Shown here one piece after another: positions 25,714 to 33,223 of a DNA stretch of 38,863 bases (position 1 is the stretch's first letter; each line of letters begins with the position of its first letter). Made by a program: the position numbers and the translations under genes. Under the pieces are notes generated by a model. It worked only from the letters and a program-made list of their open reading frames with translations. It did not search any database and had not been told where the DNA came from. This DNA comes from Acutalibacteraceae bacterium (GTDB taxonomy: Bacteria > Bacillota > Clostridia > Oscillospirales > Acutalibacteraceae): NCBI GenBank assembly GCA_045532395.1, contig JAZSFV010000146.1:1-38863 (forward strand), in the 5' to 3' direction.

Positions 25714-25729
25714 TACACTATTTAGTGTA
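25714..25729. promoter_or_regulatory. Perfect 7-2-7 palindrome TACACTA-TT-TAGTGTA (candidate second operator)
   Basis: Read directly from the sequence. It lies 2 nt from the Cheo box, over the expected -35 region of the minus-strand promoter. Confidence 0.4.
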
Positions 25730-25828
25730 GAGTAGATTTGTGGTTTTTTCAAACGAACATCCCACTAAAGTGACATTATACGGACTCATCTCTCTTGAGT
25801 GCTTGACAAAGTTTTTTGCCGATAAATG

Positions 25829-25857
25829 TTGACAAAAATCAAAAAACAGTTATTATA
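25829..25857 (+). promoter_or_regulatory. Sigma-A-type promoter of the divergent sigma/anti-sigma operon
   Basis: TTGACA (25829-25834), 17 nt, then ATTATA (25852-25857). It lies inside the 5' extension of track ORF 25816, which argues for the downstream TTG start. Confidence 0.5.
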
Positions 25858-25902
25858 AACTTATATAGGTGTATTTTCTTTTGTACGGGGAGTGAAAAAG
25901 TC

Positions 25903-26424
25903 TTGAAAGAAATCGAAATTGCCGAAAAGATATGGCAGGAAAACGAGGTCTACATAAGAAAATTATGTAACTATAAATTGAGCAGCCACCCTGACCTTAT
26001 CGACGACTGCATGCAGGATGTTTTTCTCGCACTTATCACTGCTGTACACGATGAAAAAGAAATCAATAACCATAGAGCATGGCTTACAAAAGTAACCGTC
26101 AATAAGATAAACGACATTTACCGTGAAGAAAAGAAAAAGAATGAAAATCAGGTTTCCCTCGAGGAAGAAACTGTTACCTTAACTTCCGATTTTGACTATT
26201 CATATACAGAAGACATAACAGAAAAAGAGTTGGACAAGCATCTGGAAACAATTCTTCAATCTCTGAGTGACAACGAAAAAACACTTATTGAAGACTTTTA
26301 TCAGAATAATTTAAGCGGACGTGAAATTGCAGAAAAGTTAGGTATTACGGAAACTAACTTACGTCAGCAGATTTTCAGGCTTAAAAGAAAAGTAATAAAA
26401 AAAGTAAAAGAAATTTTTGAATAA
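25903..26424 (+). CDS. ECF-type sigma-70 family RNA polymerase sigma factor
   Basis: Region 2 (DDCMQDVFLALITAV...HRAWLTKVTVNKINDIYR) and region 4 (LSDNEKTLIEDFYQNNLSGREIAEKLGITETNLRQQIFRLKRKV). TTG start at 25903 with GGGGAGTG RBS. Confidence 0.8.
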   Translation: MKEIEIAEKIWQENEVYIRKLCNYKLSSHPDLIDDCMQDVFLALITAVHDEKEINNHRAWLTKVTVNKINDIYREEKKKNENQVSLEEETVTLTSDFDYSYTEDITEKELDKHLETILQSLSDNEKTLIEDFYQNNLSGREIAEKLGITETNLRQQIFRLKRKVIKKVKEIFE

Positions 26425-26475
26425 TTTTTGTAACATTCTGTAGTTTTAACGACTATATAAGTGAGGGATGAAAAA

Positions 26476-27252
26476 GTGGTTACAAGTTCTGATTTAATCA
26501 AACTTATAAAAGATAAAGAAAATAATTTCACCGAAGAAGAACTTAAAAAGATTCTTGATGCGGAGCTTATGAAAGATGAGTCAGAAATTGACACTGACTT
26601 GGTAGAGTGTTGCCTTCAGGCTCTTGAAGACGGCAAAAAACCGATGCCCGCCAAGAAAGAAAAGAAAAAAACTCTGAAATTTATTTTCTTTGCAGGTGCA
26701 GCTGCAGCTCTTATCTTTGTAAACATCATTGCGTTTTCAGACTTCGGCAAAAAAGACAACACAAATCAGGTAATCCACATCACTTCCCCCAACGCAACCA
26801 CACCCGTTAAGCCCTCACAGACCATAGTGGTTGAAGAAGTTACGGACATCAAGGGTGCACCCACTACAAACCCTGACGGCAACGCAGATTCTCTCGGTTT
26901 ATCTTTAAAAAGCCAACTGGAAAACGCCGGATTCACTGACGTGTCTTTACCTGCAGAAGTTATCAAAGCAGGCGAAGCTGCAATAAACATAAACGGCGAT
27001 ACAGTAACTTTTTCTTCAATCGTTAACGAACAAAGCATTAATATCGTAATTGCAAAAAATCAGCCTGCCCCCTCTATGAAAGCCCCCGAGGGAGCGGAAA
27101 GTCAGACGATAAATTCAAACGGGATTTCTGCCCTTGTAACAAGCGAAGACGGCGTGTCTGTCATCACTTACAGAAAAAATTCCCTGAATTATCAGATAAT
27201 CACAACTGTTTCACTTGAGGAGGCGGCAGAGATTGCAAAGACAATAAGGTAG
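26476..27252 (+). CDS. Putative anti-sigma factor / single-pass membrane protein (DUF4367-like C-domain)
   Basis: Cytoplasmic N-terminal region, one TM (LKFIFFAGAAAALIFVNIIAF), and an extracytoplasmic domain. Sits directly after the sigma gene. GTG start at 26476 (GAGGGA RBS), with 26461 as the alternative. Confidence 0.5.
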   Translation: MVTSSDLIKLIKDKENNFTEEELKKILDAELMKDESEIDTDLVECCLQALEDGKKPMPAKKEKKKTLKFIFFAGAAAALIFVNIIAFSDFGKKDNTNQVIHITSPNATTPVKPSQTIVVEEVTDIKGAPTTNPDGNADSLGLSLKSQLENAGFTDVSLPAEVIKAGEAAININGDTVTFSSIVNEQSINIVIAKNQPAPSMKAPEGAESQTINSNGISALVTSEDGVSVITYRKNSLNYQIITTVSLEEAAEIAKTIR

Positions 27253-27259
27253 TGATTTT

Positions 27260-27925
27260 ATGTCAAAAAAACTCTTGGCACTTACTCTTTCTTTGCTTAC
27301 ACTCTCGTTAGTTTTCACCGCTTGCAAAAAGCAGGCAGAAACAGAACAAAACGGAAATTCACAAGCTGATATTTCATCAACCAGCCTTCCTTATTCAAAG
27401 GGTACTTCATGGATAAGCCCTGAAACAAATGAAGAATGGGCAATTTCTGGCCCTACTGTTGCTTCTGAAATTGCAGTTTCAGACCCTACAAAATGTCCCG
27501 AAGAAAATTTAAACCCTTACGGCGTGAATTATCTTACAGGAATAAAGGAAATCACATTTTATTCAGGCGGAAAAACCAAAGCACCAACTTCACATCAGGC
27601 ATCGGAAGTTTTAAAAGTTCTCAATGAAGAACTTAACAGTAATTATTGGGATATGTTAAAACTTGCAGTAACCGAAGATGATATTGAAAATCTCAAAGCA
27701 AACACCACTTGCCTTGAAATCACATTCGGTTCAGCAACAAAAATCCGGGACAACTGCGATTGTATCGAGCCCTGCGTTTATGAATTTGATAAAATTCTTA
27801 TCACACTTGATAATGAAAACGCAAACACAATTTACTTTTCACAAAACGGAAGATATAAACATGGTCCCATAAGATTCCCCCATTCGGACCTTTCCGAAAA
27901 CCTTTTTAAAATTTTATCCGATTAA
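27260..27925 (+). CDS. Lipoprotein of unknown function
   Basis: Signal peptide with lipobox LSLVFTAC. 221 aa. Confidence 0.7.
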   Translation: MSKKLLALTLSLLTLSLVFTACKKQAETEQNGNSQADISSTSLPYSKGTSWISPETNEEWAISGPTVASEIAVSDPTKCPEENLNPYGVNYLTGIKEITFYSGGKTKAPTSHQASEVLKVLNEELNSNYWDMLKLAVTEDDIENLKANTTCLEITFGSATKIRDNCDCIEPCVYEFDKILITLDNENANTIYFSQNGRYKHGPIRFPHSDLSENLFKILSD

Positions 27926-27926
27926 C

Positions 27927-27957
27927 AAAAAATCCCTGACACCGTCAGGGATTTTTC
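27927..27957 (+). terminator. Rho-independent terminator
   Basis: AAAAAATCCCTGAC-ACC-GTCAGGGATTTTT. Confidence 0.85.
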
Positions 27958-28008
27958 TTGACTTTAAAACTAAATGCGTATATTATTAAACTAAAGGGAG
28001 GTTTTTGT

Positions 28009-29256
28009 ATGAAAAAAATAATTTCAATTGTTTTATGTCTTACCCTTATTTTACAGCTTGGCATTGTAGGCTTTGCTGCTGAAAACGAAACCGTTTCAAC
28101 AGGCTTTACCCAAGAAGATTTTCTTACCGTAAAAGGTAGGGATATCGTGAATCAGAAAGGTGAAAAAATTATTCTCAAAGGCGTAAACCTTGGCGGTTGG
28201 CTTATTCAGGAAGACTGGCTCTGCCCTTACGAGGAAGTAAAGGACCATCACGAAATGCTTGAGACTCTCATTGAACGTTTCGGCACTGAAAAAGCATATG
28301 AGCTTATGAACACTTATGAAGATAATTTCATCACAGAATACGACCTTGACCTTATCAAGGAAATGGGCTTCAATGCAGTGCGTGTGCCTTTTTGGTACAG
28401 AAATTTCTATTCAGACGATAAGGGCACAAAAATCCTTGACGAAAACGGAAAGTGGGATTTGTCAAAACTCGAATGGGTAGTAAGTGAATGTTCAGAAAGA
28501 AGACTTTACGTTGTTCTTGACATGCACGGTGCTCCCGGTTTCCAGAGTGACGCGCCTCACAGCGGTAAAGGCGACAGCTGCGGACTTTATGACGACACAG
28601 AAGAAGGCGAATTTTACCGCACACTTACTGATGAACTCTGGACGGAAATTGCTCTGCGTTTCAAAGAAAACCCTGCAGTTGCAATGTATGACCTTCTGAA
28701 TGAACCTATGTGCGACGTTGAATGCGGTGAACTTACAAGACGAGTAAAGAACGAATCAATCTATCTCCGCCTTTATGATACTGTACGTGCAGTAGATACT
28801 GACCATATTATTACCATGGAAGCAATCTGGACAGGTTTTGCTCTTCCCTGGGCTTGGGCAAGAGGCTGGGAAAATGTTGTTTATCAGGTTCATTTCTATA
28901 ATAATTCAGACTTCATTTTTGCATTCTTCCTGCTTCTTACAATAGTTCTGCATCCCACAGTGCCTCTGATGATGGGCGAATTTTATCCCCATCAGGAAAC
29001 AACATGGGAAGGCTGCTTCAAGTCTCTTAAAAACTTTGATTACTCCTGGTTTTTGTGGACCTACAAAGCCGCAAACCACGGAATGTGGGAAAGCGACTGG
29101 TGCCTGAAAGGTGCTGCAGACGGCTTCGAGCGAGCAAAAATCAAAACAGATTCCTATGAAGAAATCGCACGCAAATGGGGCGAAAAAATCCAGACACAAA
29201 ACTCCTACGTTGACACAGGCCACTACGACCGCGACGTAGCAAACCACCTTAAATAA
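28009..29256 (+). CDS. Exported glycoside hydrolase family 5
   Basis: ATG at 28009 with AGGGAGG RBS. Signal peptide MKKIISIVLCLTLILQLGIVGFA. GVNLGGWLIQEDW, AMYDLLNEP (acid/base) and MMGEF (nucleophile) motifs. Confidence 0.8.
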   Translation: MKKIISIVLCLTLILQLGIVGFAAENETVSTGFTQEDFLTVKGRDIVNQKGEKIILKGVNLGGWLIQEDWLCPYEEVKDHHEMLETLIERFGTEKAYELMNTYEDNFITEYDLDLIKEMGFNAVRVPFWYRNFYSDDKGTKILDENGKWDLSKLEWVVSECSERRLYVVLDMHGAPGFQSDAPHSGKGDSCGLYDDTEEGEFYRTLTDELWTEIALRFKENPAVAMYDLLNEPMCDVECGELTRRVKNESIYLRLYDTVRAVDTDHIITMEAIWTGFALPWAWARGWENVVYQVHFYNNSDFIFAFFLLLTIVLHPTVPLMMGEFYPHQETTWEGCFKSLKNFDYSWFLWTYKAANHGMWESDWCLKGAADGFERAKIKTDSYEEIARKWGEKIQTQNSYVDTGHYDRDVANHLK

Positions 29257-29260
29257 CATT

Positions 29261-29294
29261 AAAAGAGGTTGTAGAAATTACAACCTCTTTTTTA
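29261..29294 (+). terminator. Rho-independent terminator after GH5
   Basis: AAAAGAGGTTGTA-GAAAT-TACAACCTCTTTTTT. Confidence 0.85.
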
Positions 29295-29350
29295 CTGAAA
29301 CACACAGATAAATTATAAATTATTTTCATATAATTGCGTCGCAGACCCGA

Positions 29351-29382
29351 AATTCTGCATTTTGAATTCTGCACTCCGCATA
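29351..29382. repeat. Solo copy of the AATGCAR-heptamer arm
   Basis: AATTCTGCATTTTGAATTCTGCACTCCGCATA is 25/32 identical to the right arm at 8239-8270. Like that arm, it is followed directly by an A-run plus a terminator hairpin. Confidence 0.5.
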
Positions 29383-29419
29383 AAAAAAGCCTGCTACCAA
29401 TCAGTAAGCAGGCTTTTTC
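29383..29419 (-). terminator. Rho-independent terminator of the YhhN-family gene (bidirectional shape)
   Basis: AAAAAGCCTGCT...AGCAGGCTTTTT. Confidence 0.8.
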
Positions 29420-29423
29420 TGAT

Positions 29424-30122
29424 TTATTTCATAAAGAAAAGTGATGCTGCAATTAAAATCTGTCCGCCGTAATATGTAACGTGGTTAATTATAACTCTCA
29501 CTCTGTTGCATTTGCCTTTGACGAAGAAAATCTGGCTTAAAACAAGGTCTGAAGCAAAGAAAGACAAACCGCCTGCGAAGAAAAGAATCTGCGAAATTTC
29601 CATTCCGTAGTTTTGCATTGTCATAAACCCTACAGAGAAGGTCATAGAAGCAAGAGCACCGTAAGCGTTTGCAATTACCTTGAATTTGCCCATTTCCATT
29701 TTTGTGAGTTTTGCAGCAAAACCTGAAAACAGTAAAACCACCAATGGTGCAGTAAAGCAGATAAGAGCATTTACAAGTGACATGGGGTAATGGACGAAAA
29801 CAGCCGCAACCATAATTACATGCTGAATCATAAATGTTACAAAGCCAAAAGTCAGGAAAGTATCGCTGTTTTCTTTCTGAATCCATTTAAGTTCAATGAA
29901 AACATCACCCAGAATGCCGAAAACTCCGCCCATGACAATCATCAAAGCAAAGGTAAGATTAACGTTGGGGTTGCTGATTATTGCCGAGATACCTGTTGCA
30001 ACAAAAAGCGAACTTGTTAAAACTTTAATTGCAAGGTCAGAGTAATTTACTTTTACACCTCGTCTTATTGTGAAAAACACGGTAACTGCTAAACATAAAG
30101 CAAAAACTATTTTGAAAATCAT
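29424..30122 (-). CDS. YhhN-family (lysoplasmalogenase-like) membrane protein
   Basis: 232 aa with about 8 TM segments. GILGDVFIE and FFASDLVLS motifs as in the YhhN/TMEM86 family. Confidence 0.7.
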   Translation of the reverse strand: MIFKIVFALCLAVTVFFTIRRGVKVNYSDLAIKVLTSSLFVATGISAIISNPNVNLTFALMIVMGGVFGILGDVFIELKWIQKENSDTFLTFGFVTFMIQHVIMVAAVFVHYPMSLVNALICFTAPLVVLLFSGFAAKLTKMEMGKFKVIANAYGALASMTFSVGFMTMQNYGMEISQILFFAGGLSFFASDLVLSQIFFVKGKCNRVRVIINHVTYYGGQILIAASLFFMK

Positions 30123-30150
30123 GTTTTTTCCTCCTTATAATGTTTGTTGT

Positions 30151-30323
30151 TTGTCGAAACGCTGAAAAGCGCTTCGACAAGCCACTTTTCAAGTGGCTTT
30201 AGCAAAATCAAATTGTATTATTTGATTTTGCACAACACTCATTTCAATGGATATGGACAAATTTCCAAAGGAAATTTGTGGCAAAAATCAAAGATTTTGA
30301 GTCGAAACAAGTATGTTTCGACT
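30151..30323. other. Array of six consecutive stem-loops in an intergenic region
   Basis: Hairpins at 30151-30180 (12-position stem, 11 paired, one A-C mismatch), 30180-30198 (8 bp), 30202-30231 (12 bp perfect), 30257-30279 (10 bp perfect), 30285-30299 (6 bp) and 30300-30323 (10 bp perfect). The first and last share GTCGAAAC. Confidence 0.6.
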
Positions 30324-30334
30324 TACCATAACCA

Positions 30335-30940
30335 TTACAACCAACCCATATATTCGCCAAGATATCCTGCTCCGATTCCTGCTACGGCAGAAATGACGAT
30401 AATAACAATGGGGTTCATTTTTTTCTTTATACTTAAGAAAAGCATTACTGCAAATAAAAGTGCCGAGAAAATAAATGTGTAGCTTGCAAGAACTGAAAGT
30501 GCAACTGAATCGGGGAAGAAAACAGTTTTGCCGATTGAGATTACAGCCGCAGAAATAAGCCCGATAACAACAGGTTTAAGTCCGCTCATGCAACCTGCAA
30601 CGATTTTATTTTCTTTAAATTTCTGATAGAATTTTGCAACAAAAAGAATAACGATAAACGATGGCATTACAACACCTAATGTGGCACTGCATGCACCTAA
30701 AATTCCCCCGGGAATGCCGAATACCGCTTTACCCATCTGCGTGCCCACGAATGTTGCCATGTTGATTGCAAAGGGGCCAGGAGTAGATTCGCTTACTGCA
30801 ATAAAGTCAACAATCTGCTCCATTGTAAGCCAGCCGTTGTTGATTGCTTCTGCCTGAATCAAAGGAAGCATAGCGTAACCGCCACCGAAAGTGAAAGCAC
30901 CGATTTTGAAGAAAGTGAGAAAAAGCTTGAGAAAAATCAT
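30335..30940 (-). CDS. Chromate transporter family protein (short-chain CHR, C-terminal-type half)
   Basis: KIGAFTFGGGYAMLPLIQ signature. 201 aa. ATGA overlap with the upstream half. Confidence 0.85.
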   Translation of the reverse strand: MIFLKLFLTFFKIGAFTFGGGYAMLPLIQAEAINNGWLTMEQIVDFIAVSESTPGPFAINMATFVGTQMGKAVFGIPGGILGACSATLGVVMPSFIVILFVAKFYQKFKENKIVAGCMSGLKPVVIGLISAAVISIGKTVFFPDSVALSVLASYTFIFSALLFAVMLFLSIKKKMNPIVIIVISAVAGIGAGYLGEYMGWL

Positions 30941-31503
30941 TTCTTCTCCTCCTTTCTTTTGTCAGTTACGAGGGAATAAATAAGCCCTGCAATCGCGCTT
31001 GCAATTATTACAATAAACACGTTCACATCAAACACTGCAGTTAAAATAAACGATACCGCAACGATTATATACGCAACAATATTTTTCGGGCATGCAGTTG
31101 CCATTTTCTTTGCAGCTTTCACAATAAGCGCCAGAACACCTGCTCGGATTCCCATGAAAGCATATTTCACAACCTTGAAAGCAAGGAATTCCTTGAAGAA
31201 ATAAGATATAACCGAAATTATAAAAAGCGAGGGTAAAACCACTCCTAAAGTTGCCATAACAGATCCGAAAACCCCTGCTACCTGATAGCCTACGAATGTG
31301 GCAGAGTTAATTGCGATAGGACCGGGAGTTGACTCTGAAATTGCAAGAATATCAAGAATATCTTCTTCCTTTATCCAGCCTCTTTTTTCTGCAATTTCCG
31401 ACTGAATAATGGGCACCATGGCATAACCGCCGCCAAAAGTAAATGCGCCGATTTTAAAAAACACTAAAAAAAGTTTCAGTGCTTTTTTAAAATTCCCTTT
31501 CAT
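30937..31503 (-). CDS. Chromate transporter family protein (short-chain CHR, N-terminal-type half)
   Basis: KIGAFTFGGGYAMVPIIQ signature. 188 aa. Confidence 0.85.
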   Translation of the reverse strand: MKGNFKKALKLFLVFFKIGAFTFGGGYAMVPIIQSEIAEKRGWIKEEDILDILAISESTPGPIAINSATFVGYQVAGVFGSVMATLGVVLPSLFIISVISYFFKEFLAFKVVKYAFMGIRAGVLALIVKAAKKMATACPKNIVAYIIVAVSFILTAVFDVNVFIVIIASAIAGLIYSLVTDKRKEEKK

Positions 31504-31649
31504 TGAAGTTTACCTCTTTCCAATAAAATACAATTCTTTTATCTTTGTATATTAAATCATATTTACCAAGTAAAATCAATAGAAATTTGTTGCAAAGTAA
31601 TCGTAATACTGGTATAATTTTTGGTATATTCTTATTGGGAGTAAAAGTT

Positions 31650-33011
31650 ATGAAAGAACTTAAATTTTTTGTAGTTGCTGACCCTCACTTTTTTGCATAT
31701 GAACTTGGTGCTTACGGCAAAGAATACGAAAATTTTATGGACTTCGAGCAGAAATGCTTTGCAGAAACAGAAGCCATAAACAGAGCTTTTTTCAAAATGA
31801 TGGAAACAAACGATGAAGCTGATATTATACTCATCGCAGGTGATTTATCTTTCAACGGTGAAAGAAAAAGTCATGAAAAATTTTCAGAACTTCTCAGAGA
31901 TTTCAAAGAAAAAAGCGGCAAGAAAGTTTTTGTCGTATCTGCAGGCCATGACATTTCGGAAAGCCCCTTTGCTTATGACGGTGGCGAAAGAATAACGGTA
32001 GAGGGAATTTCTTTTCATGAACTTTACGATTTTTACAAAGATTTCGGCTATGATGACGCGATAGAATTCAACAAAGAGCATCTTTCCTACGTTGCGGATT
32101 TGTCAGAAGATGTCCGTCTTCTTGTTATCTGTAACGATACTGCTGAGGGTTCAAACAAGACTTACGATGATGAGTTTTTGAATTGGATTTATGCTCAGGC
32201 GCAAAAGGCAAAAGAAGATAAAAAAGTAATGATTGCCATGGAGCATTACCCCGTTTTGCCGGGCCAGCCCGCTTTGATGCTTATCCCTGATGCACGTCAG
32301 AAAGAAAGCAAAAAGTTAATCGAAGCACTTGCAGATAACGGCGTTCATCTTATTTTTACGGGACATATGCACAACCAGAGCATAAACGTAACAGAAACTG
32401 AAAAAGGAAATAAATTTTATGATGTCTGCACAGGCTCTCTTATAGGTTGCCCTGCTTACTACAGACTTGTGACTGTCAGAGATGAAAATACTGTTGAAAT
32501 CAAAAGCTATGAAGTTCCTGAATTTGAATGGGACAAAAAAGGAAATTCAGGCAAAGAATATCTTAAAATTCAGTTTGAAAGAATGATTCGCACAATCCTT
32601 TACTCCATGGAAAAAGATCCGCAAAGATTTCTCGGTAAATTCGGTGCAGGAGATAAAGAAAATTTATATAAACCCGTAAGTTTTATCGGCAAAAAATTAA
32701 ACAACTGGACTGTGGGTAAAGTTTCACGTCTTTTCTTTGTAAAGGCTCATAAAGATATTAAAAACCGTAAATTCAATGAATTTGCAATCGACATCGTAAG
32801 GCAACTTTTTGAAGGAAACCAACCCTTTGTTGAGGGTAATCCCGAGGGTGATACTCTGCTTAAAGTTTTCAAAAGATTAAAACCCGTTTTTAAAATCCTC
32901 AACAAAAAACTGAAAGGCTCACAGGGTGAAACCATCGACCTTTATGAAATTCTGAAACACTCTGCAGGTAACTACGGCATTGACGACCATAATGCTGTAA
33001 TAAAATTTTAA
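31650..33011 (+). CDS. Calcineurin-like metallophosphoesterase
   Basis: ATG at 31650 (GGGAG RBS). VVADPHF, AGDLSFNG and FTGHMHN metal-binding motifs. Confidence 0.75.
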   Translation: MKELKFFVVADPHFFAYELGAYGKEYENFMDFEQKCFAETEAINRAFFKMMETNDEADIILIAGDLSFNGERKSHEKFSELLRDFKEKSGKKVFVVSAGHDISESPFAYDGGERITVEGISFHELYDFYKDFGYDDAIEFNKEHLSYVADLSEDVRLLVICNDTAEGSNKTYDDEFLNWIYAQAQKAKEDKKVMIAMEHYPVLPGQPALMLIPDARQKESKKLIEALADNGVHLIFTGHMHNQSINVTETEKGNKFYDVCTGSLIGCPAYYRLVTVRDENTVEIKSYEVPEFEWDKKGNSGKEYLKIQFERMIRTILYSMEKDPQRFLGKFGAGDKENLYKPVSFIGKKLNNWTVGKVSRLFFVKAHKDIKNRKFNEFAIDIVRQLFEGNQPFVEGNPEGDTLLKVFKRLKPVFKILNKKLKGSQGETIDLYEILKHSAGNYGIDDHNAVIKF

Positions 33012-33041
33012 AGTAAAAATTTTTCTTCTTAAAAAAATAAC

Positions 33042-33087
33042 TCCGTGGCGATAACAAATAAGCCACGGAATTATTTTTGTTTTTTTC
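33042..33087 (+). terminator. Rho-independent terminator after the metallophosphoesterase gene
   Basis: Stem TCCGTGGC/GCCACGGA, 12-nt loop, then TTATTTTTGTTTTTTT. Confidence 0.75.
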
Positions 33088-33094
33088 TCTATAA

Positions 33095-33132
33095 ATACAA
33101 CCGCTTTTTTCTTTATGAAAAAGCGGTTGTAT
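33095..33132. other. 15-bp perfect hairpin
   Basis: ATACAACCGCTTTTT - TCTTTATG - AAAAAGCGGTTGTAT. Possible second or bidirectional terminator between the convergent units. Confidence 0.6.
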
Positions 33133-33183
33133 TCTTCTCTGCTCTTTCTCTTACTCTATCTCTTTTTCTATCTCTTTCTCTGT

Positions 33184-33217
33184 GTCACATTGTGACTCGT
33201 TTTGGTCACATTGTGAC
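33184..33217. promoter_or_regulatory. Two identical 13-bp palindromes GTCACATTGTGAC, 21 bp centre to centre
   Basis: Located at 33184-33196 and 33205-33217. The 1-nt centre rules out a stable RNA hairpin, so they look like protein-binding sites. Confidence 0.4.
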
Positions 33218-33223
33218 GCTTAA

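Noticed and set aside
19900-25800. Possibility that this is a complete or integrated prophage
   Set aside because: No integrase, terminase, portal, capsid, tube, tape-measure or baseplate gene lies on either side. I could not find direct repeats at the two borders. Only the regulator, fibre and lysis genes are present.
25816-25902. 5' extension of the sigma-factor ORF given in the track (start at 25816)
   Set aside because: The extension overlaps the TTGACA-17-ATTATA promoter and has no RBS. The TTG at 25903 has GGGGAGTG upstream and gives a normal-length ECF sigma.
28880-28990. Hydrophobic stretch NSDFIFAFFLLLTIVLHPTVPLMMGEF inside GH5, which could hint at a frameshift
   Set aside because: The reading frame is continuous. 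The acid/base (NEP) and nucleophile (GEF) motifs are in the same frame at sensible spacing. No alternative frame gives a better protein.
30335-31503. Split chromate-transporter genes as a disrupted pseudogene
   Set aside because: Paired short-chain CHR genes of about 190-200 aa each with an ATGA overlap are a known normal arrangement. Both halves are intact and carry the FGGGYAM signature.
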